Shown here piece after piece: positions 1-8,892 of a stretch of DNA of 64,000 nt. A program made the position numbers and the translations under genes. A model generated the notes under the pieces. The model was not told the DNA's origin. It did no database searches and worked only from the letters and a program-made list of their open reading frames with translations. Positions within the stretch are counted from its first letter, which is position 1, and the number at the start of each line of letters is the position of its first letter. This DNA is from an uncultured Gammaproteobacteria bacterium (lineage in GTDB: Bacteria > Patescibacteriota > Patescibacteriia > UBA11705 > DATKZF01), in the NCBI GenBank assembly GCA_964411255.1, contig CAYPKD010000002.1, forward strand, positions 162,141-226,140, in the 5' to 3' direction.

Positions 1-79
1 TAAGAGGTATTTGAGATTTTGAATTTTGATTATTGTTATTTATTTGCTATTTGGTGCTTGTTATTTGTTATTTTTTTAT

Positions 80-1357
80 ATGATGAATATCCTTCAAAAA
101 ATACTAGCATTCTTTGCAAGAAGAATACTTAATCGTTACAAGCCAAAGGTAATCGGTATCACTGGCAGTATTGGTAAAACTTCTACTAAAGAAGCAGCTT
201 TTATGGTTTTAAAAGACAAATTTCGAGTGAGAAGAAATGTAAAAAATTATAATAATGAAATTGGCGTTCCAATAACCATTATTGGCACTGAGACCGGAGG
301 TAAATCATTAATAAAATGGTTAAAGGTATTTGTTAAGGCATTAAAACTGTGGCTGATAAAAAATAAAAAATATCCAGAAGTTTTAATTTTAGAAATGGGC
401 GCTGACAAGCCTGGAGATATAAAATATTTGGTTGATATGGTGCCATTAGACATTGGTGTAGTAACCAAGGTCAGTCCGGTTCACATTGAATTTTTTGGCA
501 CCATTGAAGCAATTGCTAAAGAAAAAGGCCAGATAGTGAAAAATTTAAAATCAGATAAAACTGCAATATTAAATTTTGATGATGATAAAGTAAGATCAAT
601 GGAGAATATTACAAAAGCAAAAGTGTTAAGCTATGGCTATTCAGAAGATTGTGAAATGAAAGTGGTTGGAATTGATGTCAAGGTGGAAGAGGAAAAAGTC
701 AGGGGTATGAGCTTTAAGTTATCATATCAAGGCTCAACTATTCCTATGGTTTTGCCAGGAGTCATTGGACGTCATCAGCTATATGCTGCCTTAGGAGGTG
801 CTGCCATTGGTATTGCAATGGGAATGAATATGGTTGATATTGGTCAGGCGTTGAAAAAATATCGGTCACCAAAGGGTAGAATGCGTATTATTGAAGGCTT
901 AGATAATGCTACAGTTATTGATGATAGTTATAATTCATCTCCTGATGCAGCGCACGCAGCAATTCAAGCTGTGAGTAAAATTCCAAGGCGGGGAAGATTG
1001 ATTGCTGCATTTGGAGAAATGCTGGAATTGGGGGAGCTGGCTGTATCTGAACATCAGAAACTTGGTGAAGCAGCAGTTAAGGCAGGTTTTGAAAAAATAT
1101 ATGCAGTGGGTAAACTTGCAAAATATATTCGAAAAGGAGCATCAATGGCTGGTTTAAGTTTGGAAAATATAAAAGTATATGAAAAATCAGAACTGGCTGC
1201 TGAGCAAATAAAAAAAGACCTCAGAGATAGTGATCTTATTTTAGTAAAAGGCTCTCAGGGTCCGCGAATGGAAAAAGTGGCAAAAGCTTTGATGGCTCAT
1301 CCTGAACGGGCTTCGCAGCTTTTGGTCAGGCAGTCAAAGGCGTGGTTGAGGAGATAG
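80..1357 (+). CDS. murF: UDP-N-acetylmuramoyl-tripeptide--D-alanyl-D-alanine ligase
   Basis: GITGSIGKTSTKE P-loop, NNEIGVP, LEMG, DDSYNSSP, LVKGSQG motifs; start moved to ATG at 80 because upstream is a low-complexity repeat. Confidence 0.92.
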   Translation: MMNILQKILAFFARRILNRYKPKVIGITGSIGKTSTKEAAFMVLKDKFRVRRNVKNYNNEIGVPITIIGTETGGKSLIKWLKVFVKALKLWLIKNKKYPEVLILEMGADKPGDIKYLVDMVPLDIGVVTKVSPVHIEFFGTIEAIAKEKGQIVKNLKSDKTAILNFDDDKVRSMENITKAKVLSYGYSEDCEMKVVGIDVKVEEEKVRGMSFKLSYQGSTIPMVLPGVIGRHQLYAALGGAAIGIAMGMNMVDIGQALKKYRSPKGRMRIIEGLDNATVIDDSYNSSPDAAHAAIQAVSKIPRRGRLIAAFGEMLELGELAVSEHQKLGEAAVKAGFEKIYAVGKLAKYIRKGASMAGLSLENIKVYEKSELAAEQIKKDLRDSDLILVKGSQGPRMEKVAKALMAHPERASQLLVRQSKAWLRR

Positions 1358-1390
1358 AAAGGTGAAATCCGAAATCCCCGCTGCTCTGGA

Positions 1391-1416
1391 CGTCATTCCT
1401 GCGAAGGCAGGAATCC
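1391..1416. repeat. REP-like palindrome CGTCATTCCTGCGAAGGCAGGAATCC
   Basis: Hairpin; second copy with compensatory change at 42761-42786. Confidence 0.8.
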
Positions 1417-1481
1417 GTTATTAGTATAGTGTAACCCAAATCAGCGGACAAAAATAAAAACTTCTATTTAAAGAAGCTTTT

Positions 1482-2237
1482 TTATTTAATCCCTTTTTTC
1501 CAATACAAACCATCAGGTTTTTGAATGAATTTGTCTTGAAGTTCTTTAGGAATATCTTTCAGATTCTTTGGTATAGGAGAATATGATATTGTTGCCCCCC
1601 TTTCTATAAAAATATCACCATCTATATTAACAATTGACTGAGCAGGTTCTGCTAATAATCTAAAATATTTATCAAGGAAAAAATAAAGTGCACCTGATTT
1701 TCCAATTAAAAAATTGTGTTCTGTGCTAAATAAATTATGAAAACCCTTAGTATCATTTGTTTTATTTGATAGGCTAAATCCAATAATTCTCGGGTCTACT
1801 GTGTTTTTTGCTTTACTAATTCGTACTAAATCACCATTTTTATCAGCTAATGTAATGGATTTTAATGATTCTCTCTTTATGAATTTAGCTTCATCAACCA
1901 TTGAATCAAGTGGTACTTTTAGAGGTTTTCTTTCAAATGCTTTTTTTGCAGCTTTTAATTTTTCTTCTTTGTTCAGTAGCTCCTTACTTGTTTTTCTTCT
2001 ATCCTGGCTCTTTTTCCTTTCCTTTTTCTCTTTTACTTTTAATAGTTCATCTTTATATTGCTGATAATACTCTAAGGCCTTTGCCAATTCACCAGCCTTT
2101 TCCGCAGCCACAGCCTTATCCATAATTTCACCGAGAAATTCCTTTTCTTCTGGAGTTAAGGGAACACGCTTAACCTCACCCCGCCGCGGGCGGGCCATAT
2201 TTAGTTGGGATTCGAGTGATTTGGGTTGTTCTGACAT
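1482..2237 (-). CDS. Hypothetical protein with charged coiled-coil N-terminus
   Basis: Long ORF; start taken at MSEQPK because the upstream extension runs through heptamer repeats. Confidence 0.75.
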   Translation of the reverse strand: MSEQPKSLESQLNMARPRRGEVKRVPLTPEEKEFLGEIMDKAVAAEKAGELAKALEYYQQYKDELLKVKEKKERKKSQDRRKTSKELLNKEEKLKAAKKAFERKPLKVPLDSMVDEAKFIKRESLKSITLADKNGDLVRISKAKNTVDPRIIGFSLSNKTNDTKGFHNLFSTEHNFLIGKSGALYFFLDKYFRLLAEPAQSIVNIDGDIFIERGATISYSPIPKNLKDIPKELQDKFIQKPDGLYWKKGIK

Positions 2238-2393
2238 ATAGTAGTGAGTAATGGGTAATAAGTAATGAGTAATTCGGATACAGGATTCAGGATACAAGAT
2301 CCAAGACTATGACTTAATTATAACTAAAACTGCAATTATATTCAATTTATTGAAAAATTTATACAATTATGTTACAATAAAGCAGATTTTTAT

Positions 2394-2676
2394 GCCCTCA
2401 TCGTTCCGCCTTCGCCCTTCGATAAACTCAGGGCTTTGGCGGACAGGCTAGTGGTTAGTAATGATTTCTTCAAAATTTTTGTAGCCGCCATCGTCTAGGG
2501 GTTTAGGACGCTGCCCTCTCACGGCAGAAACCGGGGTTCAAATCCCCGTGGCGGTACCAAAAATTTTGGGGAAATCTTAATACGTTGCCCTCGAACAGCA
2601 GGAAACATGGGTTCGCCTGCCCCGTACCGAACAAGCGAAGCGAGTTCTGGCTCAGGGAGTCCCATTGGGGTCACCA
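2394..2676 (+). pseudogene. Interrupted, degenerate tRNA-Glu-like gene in four segments enclosing the intact tRNA
   Basis: 2394-2404 + 2448-2458 + 2581-2615 + 2658-2676 join to a 76-nt tRNA-like sequence with perfect T arm (ATGGG-TTCGAGT-CCCAT) and ACCA end. Confidence 0.7.
2484..2559 (+). tRNA. tRNA-Glu(CTC)
   Basis: Cloverleaf: acceptor GCCGCCA/TGGCGGT, anticodon arm CTGCC-CTCTCAC-GGCAG, T arm CGGGG-TTCAAAT-CCCCG, encoded CCA. Confidence 0.97.
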
Positions 2677-2754
2677 AAAATATTGCTATTTGGGCAATTT
2701 TTTTATTTTATCAAATTTTGCTACAATTAAGGTACATTAAATAAATACATAAAT

Positions 2755-3036
2755 ATGGAAGATCCAAACAAACCAGAACAAAGAAAAAAGAAAGCATATC
2801 TCAATTTTGGCCAGCCTAGCCATGAAGATGAGTATGTTTTGCATTTAGCAGATGATGATATCCCATTTGATTTAGCTGAAAAGATTGAGGAGATTTTAGG
2901 AAAAAATTGGGAAGTTCTGGACAGAGGAACACGAATTGAAATTTGCCATAAGCGAAAGTTTGGTTTGCGAGATGATAAAAAAGTATTTGGCGCAGTTGAA
3001 CAAGCGATTCCAGACAAATATAAATTACATAAATAA
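2755..3036 (+). CDS. Hypothetical protein
   Basis: 93-aa ORF with ATG start and normal composition. Confidence 0.65.
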   Translation: MEDPNKPEQRKKKAYLNFGQPSHEDEYVLHLADDDIPFDLAEKIEEILGKNWEVLDRGTRIEICHKRKFGLRDDKKVFGAVEQAIPDKYKLHK

Positions 3037-3042
3037 AAAAGT

Positions 3043-3588
3043 ATGAAAAAATTATTTTTATTAACATTTCTACTGGTTTTAGTTTTAGCTGGCTGCAGCT
3101 GTGAAAAAGCTGAACCTACTGATGGCATTGCTACTGATAAAATGCCAGAATTGTATGATGAATATAAAGATTTTGCCAATACCTGGTAAGGCCAATGGAA
3201 AAATACTACTTTTGGCTCAAGCGGAGCATCAAAAGCAACTGTTATAGTAAATGAAGATGGAACTGCGTCTTTTACTATTGATATTGACGGCATGGTTTTT
3301 GGCATGGTTAATCCAGAGCCAAAGACATTCAAAGGAAATTATAATGACAAAGGCATAGTTTTTGAACAAAACGATGAATTATTTGGTGATGTAACAATTA
3401 ATATTGAAAAAACAGGGGAGTCAGAAGCAACAGTTGATGTAAAGAGTGAAAACATAACAACACCTGGAATTAAATCAATGACTGCCAGTGGAACGCTTGA
3501 TATGGAAAAAGTTCATATGGATTATGAAGTCCAGTTTACTTCTGGCAGTCCGGCAAAAGGCGTATTTGATATGTCAAAGATCGACTAA
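3043..3588 (+). pseudogene. Lipoprotein gene with one in-frame TAA at 3187-3189
   Basis: MKKLFLLTFLLVLVLAGC lipobox at 3043; frame continues past the TAA into ORF 3292-3588. Confidence 0.75.
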
Positions 3589-3612
3589 ACTGTTTATTAT
3601 TAAATTAAATAT

Positions 3613-4653
3613 ATGCCAAAAGGCGAACCAATATTTGAACAACAAAAATTACCTGTTGACGTTTCTTATGAACAATTGGAAGCTCGAATTCCAGAAGTAG
3701 CTAAAATGAAAGGATTTGATCAGCGAAGTGACTTTCATACGCTGACTTTGGATGAGCATACAAAGCAGCTGGGCAGGAATTTGGAAAATAATTTAGACAG
3801 CCTGGAAAAATGGCTGAAAGATCAAAAGAAAAAGGAGGATTTAGAAAAATTAGAACAATACAAAGATTTAATTTTATTAGCTGGCAAATTACATGATTTG
3901 GGTAAAGTATCAGAAGAAGGTATGCAGGTTCATCCAAAAGATCCTGAAAAGCGCCAATATGTAGGTCATGAAAAAGAAAGTGAAAAAATTGTGCGTGAAG
4001 TCGTACCAAAGCATTTTAATCTCAAAGAAGAAGAACTTGATTTAGTGGCAAAATTAGCTGGTTTGCATGCATCAGCATTAAATTTGGTTGGAAATTTTCA
4101 ATCAAATAACCAGCCAAAAGGAAAAGGCTTAAAATCTTATGACCAGTTTTTCAAAAAAGCAGAAGCTTTGCCAATGGATGTGAATATTGAAACAAAGATG
4201 AGAATTGTTTTTGCTTTGAATAAATCAGATAAAGGCGCAGGCTGGAATGAACAAAGTGATCCTGAGGATCCAAAAGTCAAAACTGTTCAGGATAAGGCTG
4301 AAAAACAGATTAAAACGTTAGAAGAAATGGAAAAAGCTTTACCAGCATTGGTAGCTGCTATTGAAGGAAGGAGAGCAGGTGATCAGAAAGCTGGAATAGT
4401 TTTAGAAAAAGGTGAGTATGTTTATAAAGCGCCTGAGAAAAAAGAAAAGAAAAAAGTTGAGATTCCTCCAGGGTTGAAGAAATTAAGTCCGATTTTACGA
4501 GACAAGGTGCCGGCAGTGGCTGAAGTATATCCTACTTTGCAGGCAAAAAAGGGGAATGAACGGGCTTTGCAGGGCATAATAAATGGTTTGTTGAAAAAGA
4601 AGATCGGTTTGACTGATGAACAAATCGAAGCAGTTTTAAAAACACTAGAATAA
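3613..4653 (+). CDS. HD-domain protein
   Basis: H..TLDEHT, LHDLGK and YVGHEKES motifs as in HD domains of CCA-adding enzymes; no nucleotidyltransferase head. Confidence 0.75.
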   Translation: MPKGEPIFEQQKLPVDVSYEQLEARIPEVAKMKGFDQRSDFHTLTLDEHTKQLGRNLENNLDSLEKWLKDQKKKEDLEKLEQYKDLILLAGKLHDLGKVSEEGMQVHPKDPEKRQYVGHEKESEKIVREVVPKHFNLKEEELDLVAKLAGLHASALNLVGNFQSNNQPKGKGLKSYDQFFKKAEALPMDVNIETKMRIVFALNKSDKGAGWNEQSDPEDPKVKTVQDKAEKQIKTLEEMEKALPALVAAIEGRRAGDQKAGIVLEKGEYVYKAPEKKEKKKVEIPPGLKKLSPILRDKVPAVAEVYPTLQAKKGNERALQGIINGLLKKKIGLTDEQIEAVLKTLE

Positions 4654-4656
4654 AAA

Positions 4657-4757
4657 AAGGCCGGCCGCAAAATGCACGCACAGGCAGGCACGCAAAATTT
4701 TGCGTACTTACCAACGATACGAATAATTTATAATCATGCATTTTGCGGCCGGCTTTT
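4657..4757. terminator. Long inverted repeat between convergent genes, probable bidirectional terminator
   Basis: GCCGGCCGCAAAATGCA ... TGCATTTTGCGGCCGGC flanked by A and T runs. Confidence 0.65.
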
Positions 4758-5463
4758 ATAATTTTCTCATTTTATAGCAAACAATATTTTCCTTTTGCAA
4801 GTATTGCCCAACAAGTAAGGGATAAAATTTTTCTCCATTAATTTGCGTTAATTTAAAGTCTTGAAGCTGATTAATATCTCCTGAAAATTCATCTTTCATT
4901 AATTTCCCGAACACATAATAAACATTTTTCAATTTTTCAGTTTTTTTGTCTTTATGTTTTTTTGTTTGTTTAATAAATTTTTCAATTATTTTTACGCCTT
5001 TTTCAATCGCTTCATTTCTGTCTCTATCTTTCATTCCAAATTCTAATTCAATGCAGGTTTCTAATACCTCACCCAAAGGGCCTTTGGGATCTGGCCAGAG
5101 CAAAATTGTATCTAAATCAACATATTGGAGCGGAAATTTTTTTGAAAGTTTTTCTCTTGGCACAATAATAAAATCATCTTTTCCAAGTGACGCTTCATGC
5201 AGGTCAATTACATATTCATACTTTTTAGCAATTTTTAGATTTTGTGCTGCTTTTTTTACTTCATAAATATCTGAATCAATTTTTCCTGGATAGATTCGGT
5301 TTAAATTAATATCAATGTATTCTTTTTTTTGTTCAAGCGCTTTTGGATTGGCAATTAATGTATCAAAAAATTTATCTAATCCTTTAGATTTTAATTTTTC
5401 TAAAATTTCAATTCCCAGCGGCTCATTTCCATGAGTAGCTGCAATGATTAATATTTTTTTCAT
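4756..5463 (-). CDS. Succinylglutamate desuccinylase/aspartoacylase family protein
   Basis: THGNE, NLNR and IDLH M14-like zinc motifs. Confidence 0.88.
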   Translation of the reverse strand: MKKILIIAATHGNEPLGIEILEKLKSKGLDKFFDTLIANPKALEQKKEYIDINLNRIYPGKIDSDIYEVKKAAQNLKIAKKYEYVIDLHEASLGKDDFIIVPREKLSKKFPLQYVDLDTILLWPDPKGPLGEVLETCIELEFGMKDRDRNEAIEKGVKIIEKFIKQTKKHKDKKTEKLKNVYYVFGKLMKDEFSGDINQLQDFKLTQINGEKFYPLLVGQYLQKENIVCYKMRKL

Positions 5464-5520
5464 ATATAAATGTGTAAATTTTTCAAAAAAGGGCAGACAT
5501 TGCTGCCCTTTATGGAAAGA

Positions 5521-6435
5521 TTAAATGCCCAGATGTACCTTGATCATATCCAAGGTTAGATGAAGACCGCTTTTTCGTCCAATATCCCTGATCTCCAGAA
5601 CCAATTTGCCGTTTCGTACTCGAAATCTGGTATACCACCAGACTGAACGCAAGAACATTTCTATGTCTTTAACATCAGTTTGAGCAAATGGTTTTGCAGG
5701 ACGACAGATTTGTAGCCCATTGCCATTTTTTTGCATTATAACCTTCATTTGCGACAATCTCGTAATATATTTCTCAAAGCTTACTGGAGCTGGAGCATAT
5801 CTGTCATGTTCATAATTTGCCAAAGAATTTTTGATATAATTTCTCCAAATTCGGAAATTAGCTTCGTGTGGCCAATTCATTTGAGTATATAGGTAATTCA
5901 AGTCTCTAATAAATCCCATCCCTTCTTCAATTGAACACAAATCAAAATTAAACTGTATGCTTGCAATATGTCCCAGTCCAAATAGAGCCGGCCCATCAAC
6001 TTCAACCCAGATCTCATCTCGTTTATCAGGAATCATCAGATTATCATCAAGATGCTCATCCCATGAGACAGGCAGAAGCCTTGCCTGGCACATATGAGCA
6101 GCTTCTTCTATCATTGCAATCAGTATTTGTATGGTTACAAAAAGTCTGGAATCTTCAATATGATATGTGGGCGTATTAAGCTCCAGATTATTGCAGCCGA
6201 GCTCATAGACGAGAATAAATCCGTTTTTGCTCAGCTGTGTTATGTATCCATTTTTTCTTTGATCAACAACCCAGTTAAAATTTCCTGCCAGAATAGTAAG
6301 CATTTTTTGAGAAGTGGATCTATCTATTGGCCTTTGATTTTTATCAACAAAAAGAGTTTCAATCTCAATACCGATTTGTCTGTCCTGGGGTGTACAACAT
6401 TTAGCATTTTCAAAGTGCTGCCGCAATCTTTCCAC
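5521..6435 (-). CDS. Glutamate-cysteine ligase family 2 (GCS2)-like carboxylate-amine ligase
   Basis: IGIEIE, LELNT, ASIQFN, R.R....LEIR motifs; AGGAGG RBS before GTG. Confidence 0.75.
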   Translation of the reverse strand: MERLRQHFENAKCCTPQDRQIGIEIETLFVDKNQRPIDRSTSQKMLTILAGNFNWVVDQRKNGYITQLSKNGFILVYELGCNNLELNTPTYHIEDSRLFVTIQILIAMIEEAAHMCQARLLPVSWDEHLDDNLMIPDKRDEIWVEVDGPALFGLGHIASIQFNFDLCSIEEGMGFIRDLNYLYTQMNWPHEANFRIWRNYIKNSLANYEHDRYAPAPVSFEKYITRLSQMKVIMQKNGNGLQICRPAKPFAQTDVKDIEMFLRSVWWYTRFRVRNGKLVLEIRDIGRKSGLHLTLDMIKVHLGI

Positions 6436-6454
6436 TTTCCCTCCTTTTTGATCT

Positions 6455-6613
6455 CAAAACAAAAACCCCTTCCCTTTGGGAAGGAGCTAAGCTCTATAAA
6501 TAAAGAAAAACTCAATTCTTTCCCAAGGGGTAGAGGTTTTTGTGATGATGTAATTTTATAAATGCTATTTTCATAACAATTACCATTATAGCAAGATTAT
6601 AAAGGATTGTCAA
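6455..6613 (-). promoter_or_regulatory. Sigma70 promoter plus leader-peptide attenuator
   Basis: TTGACA(6613-6608)-17-TATAAT(6590-6585); terminator CTCCTTCCC-AAA-GGGAAGGGG-TTTTT; competing antiterminator strand inside the leader ORF. Confidence 0.75.
6512..6574 (-). CDS. Putative leader peptide MKIAFIKLHHHKNLYPLGKN
   Basis: Translated by hand; three consecutive His codons directly before the antiterminator strand. Confidence 0.65.
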   Translation of the reverse strand: MKIAFIKLHHHKNLYPLGKN

Positions 6614-6743
6614 ATGCAGGTATACGAAACTACGAATCAATTATGAATTATACGAAAATAAGTTTTTATCGCTATGAATATAGAATTTTTATTTTTAAAA
6701 AACGCCCAAAAGCAATGTAGCTATGAGCGAAAAATTGTGATCT

Positions 6744-7052
6744 TTATTCATTATTTTTTTGCACTTCTTCTTGATGTTCGTATATAGCTTTTTTTGAAGC
6801 ATCTACATGATATCTCCATCCGCCGTAAATTCCTCCAATAATCAACACAATTAACAATATAATTAGTCCTAATAATTTGAAAGACCAGATAAATCCTGAA
6901 TCTGGAGGTTCATAACCCCAGCTTTCTTCTGGTGGAATTTCTCCTTCTCCAAACTCATCTCCTTCTTGATACATATAATTTGGATCTTTCCATTTATCAT
7001 TCCCCATTAATCGCTCCTTTCTGGACTTTCCAGCTTCATGATATTTTATCAT
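6744..7052 (-). CDS. Hypothetical single-pass membrane protein
   Basis: One hydrophobic helix after an acidic segment. Confidence 0.6.
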   Translation of the reverse strand: MIKYHEAGKSRKERLMGNDKWKDPNYMYQEGDEFGEGEIPPEESWGYEPPDSGFIWSFKLLGLIILLIVLIIGGIYGGWRYHVDASKKAIYEHQEEVQKNNE

Positions 7053-7150
7053 TATTTTTATATTTTGTCAATAAAATTAATATTATTTTGATAAACATTG
7101 CCAAAATGGTAAAAATTGATTAAGATAAGGGCGAAATAGCCAAATTTTTT

Positions 7151-8029
7151 ATGAGTGAAGAAAAAGAGCAAAAAGAAGAAAAAACAGATTCAATCTTAGC
7201 GCAGGCTGAAGCTGATAAAAAGAAAAAGCAAAAAAAACAGGTAAAGTCATCCACTTTTGCCTCTACTTTGGTTATCATTATTATAGTAGCTGCCATAATA
7301 ATTGGTGGAGGATATTATCTGCAAAATAAGGCAGCGAATGAAAATAAAGACCAGGCTGTTGATCAGACAAAAGAAGAAATGCAGGCTCAAATTGACGAAT
7401 TAAATAAAAAAATATCCAATTTGGAAGACAAGGACATAACAAACCAGGAATTGATAGAGCGGGATTTGCCAGAAGCAGCCAAAGTGGTGGCAGACTGTTC
7501 TCAAAATTTTATAAATTCATATCCGGAGTTTGACCCAAAAATTCATTTTTATTTAGAATATAATAACCGGGCATATGCCAGTTATTACCGGCAAGGATAT
7601 AGGCTTCGGGATATATGCAAGTCAAATGAGAAATTTTTAATGTTTTTTGATTCAAAAAAAAGTTATGAAGATGCGGTTAGGCTTCAAAAAGCATCACCTG
7701 AAGTTAGGCTTGTTAGCTCAAGAGCGGTGATTGGATTGTCAGATAAAATGTTTTTTCAAATGAATTATTACCCTGTAAAGATTGAAAATTATAATTTTGA
7801 GCAGGGTAAAGAATCTGCATGTGTTTTTGACCAGTTTTTAAATGATAAAGTCTTATACATTTGCATAAATGTTTTAGAGCAGGGCAATGAATATATTTGG
7901 TATTCATATGATTCAGTAAAAAAATTAAATCAGAAAGTGCGGATTGAATCACCAAATCCTGAAATTGAAAATGAAACATTTGAGCCAGAGCTTTTAACTT
8001 TATTTTCAAAACAAGCTTTTTCTAATTAA
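7151..8029 (+). CDS. Hypothetical membrane-anchored exported protein
   Basis: N-terminal TM helix, coiled coil, Cys-containing C-terminal domain. Confidence 0.8.
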   Translation: MSEEKEQKEEKTDSILAQAEADKKKKQKKQVKSSTFASTLVIIIIVAAIIIGGGYYLQNKAANENKDQAVDQTKEEMQAQIDELNKKISNLEDKDITNQELIERDLPEAAKVVADCSQNFINSYPEFDPKIHFYLEYNNRAYASYYRQGYRLRDICKSNEKFLMFFDSKKSYEDAVRLQKASPEVRLVSSRAVIGLSDKMFFQMNYYPVKIENYNFEQGKESACVFDQFLNDKVLYICINVLEQGNEYIWYSYDSVKKLNQKVRIESPNPEIENETFEPELLTLFSKQAFSN

Positions 8030-8112
8030 ACATAATCATGTGTGGACAAGACGCTGTCAAAAGTGTTTTTTTTGTTTTAAAATATAAGATATGCAAAATA
8101 AGGAGGGGTATA

Positions 8113-8775
8113 ATGCCAATAATAGCTACTTATCATGTTGATGAGATGGAATTTGGGCAAAGAGTCAGATTAATAAAAACAAGTAATTCAATATTTGTTG
8201 AACCTGATGATAATGGCGATTATGAAATCGCTGGTGTATTTCCTGATGAGCGTCAGGTATTTGTTAATAAAATAATGGACGACGCGATTAATTTTGAAGA
8301 ATGGGATGAAAGAGAAACAACTATTCGTGACTTTGATTGGCAGGACGCTGGGCCGACCCGGCATGATATTACAGAAGATGGTTCAAATGAAGAACGCCTG
8401 CAGGCATTAGCTGATGAAGATCCTGGTTTTGAAGATGATCACGAAGTCAGTGGCCTTCATATGATTAAAGCATACTCATTAGATTTTTTACCAAATGAGA
8501 CAAGGGTGCGATTAAGGCTGCTAAAAGGATATAAATTAGCTGTAAAAGATCCTAATGGTGAGTATGTCGTAACAGCGTCTGTTAAAAAAAAGATTAGAGG
8601 CGCAGATGGATATGAAATTGTAGTCACTCCAGAAGCTGAGCATCAGCGGGCATTTGAGCGGAAGATAGGAGAGCGGTATGTCACTGGCAGAAGAAGCGGA
8701 ATATGCGGGCCGAGCAGAGTGGATTTTGTATCGCCAGAACAATTGGCAGAATTTAGGAAAAAAAGGGAAAAGTAA
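8113..8775 (+). CDS. Hypothetical protein, tandem paralogue 1 of 4
   Basis: AGGAGG RBS then ATG at 8113; two (P/D)xxGxY(E/V)(V/I) modules. Confidence 0.8.
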   Translation: MPIIATYHVDEMEFGQRVRLIKTSNSIFVEPDDNGDYEIAGVFPDERQVFVNKIMDDAINFEEWDERETTIRDFDWQDAGPTRHDITEDGSNEERLQALADEDPGFEDDHEVSGLHMIKAYSLDFLPNETRVRLRLLKGYKLAVKDPNGEYVVTASVKKKIRGADGYEIVVTPEAEHQRAFERKIGERYVTGRRSGICGPSRVDFVSPEQLAEFRKKREK

Positions 8776-8779
8776 TTTT

Positions 8780-8814
8780 TTCAAACAAAAACCTTCAGCA
8801 TCTGAAGGTTTTTT
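8780..8814 (+). terminator. Conserved terminator of paralogue array, copy 1
   Basis: AAAACCTTCAG-CAT-CTGAAGGTTTTTT. Confidence 0.8.
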
Positions 8815-8892
8815 AAATTGTGTATAAAAAGGTTATTACAATTAATTTAAATTTGTTGTATAATAAAAGTTGGAAATACAAAGGAGGGAGAA

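Noticed and set aside
3187-3189. Stop-codon reassignment
   Set aside because: Conserved genes terminate properly at TAA, TAG and TGA, consistent with code 11.
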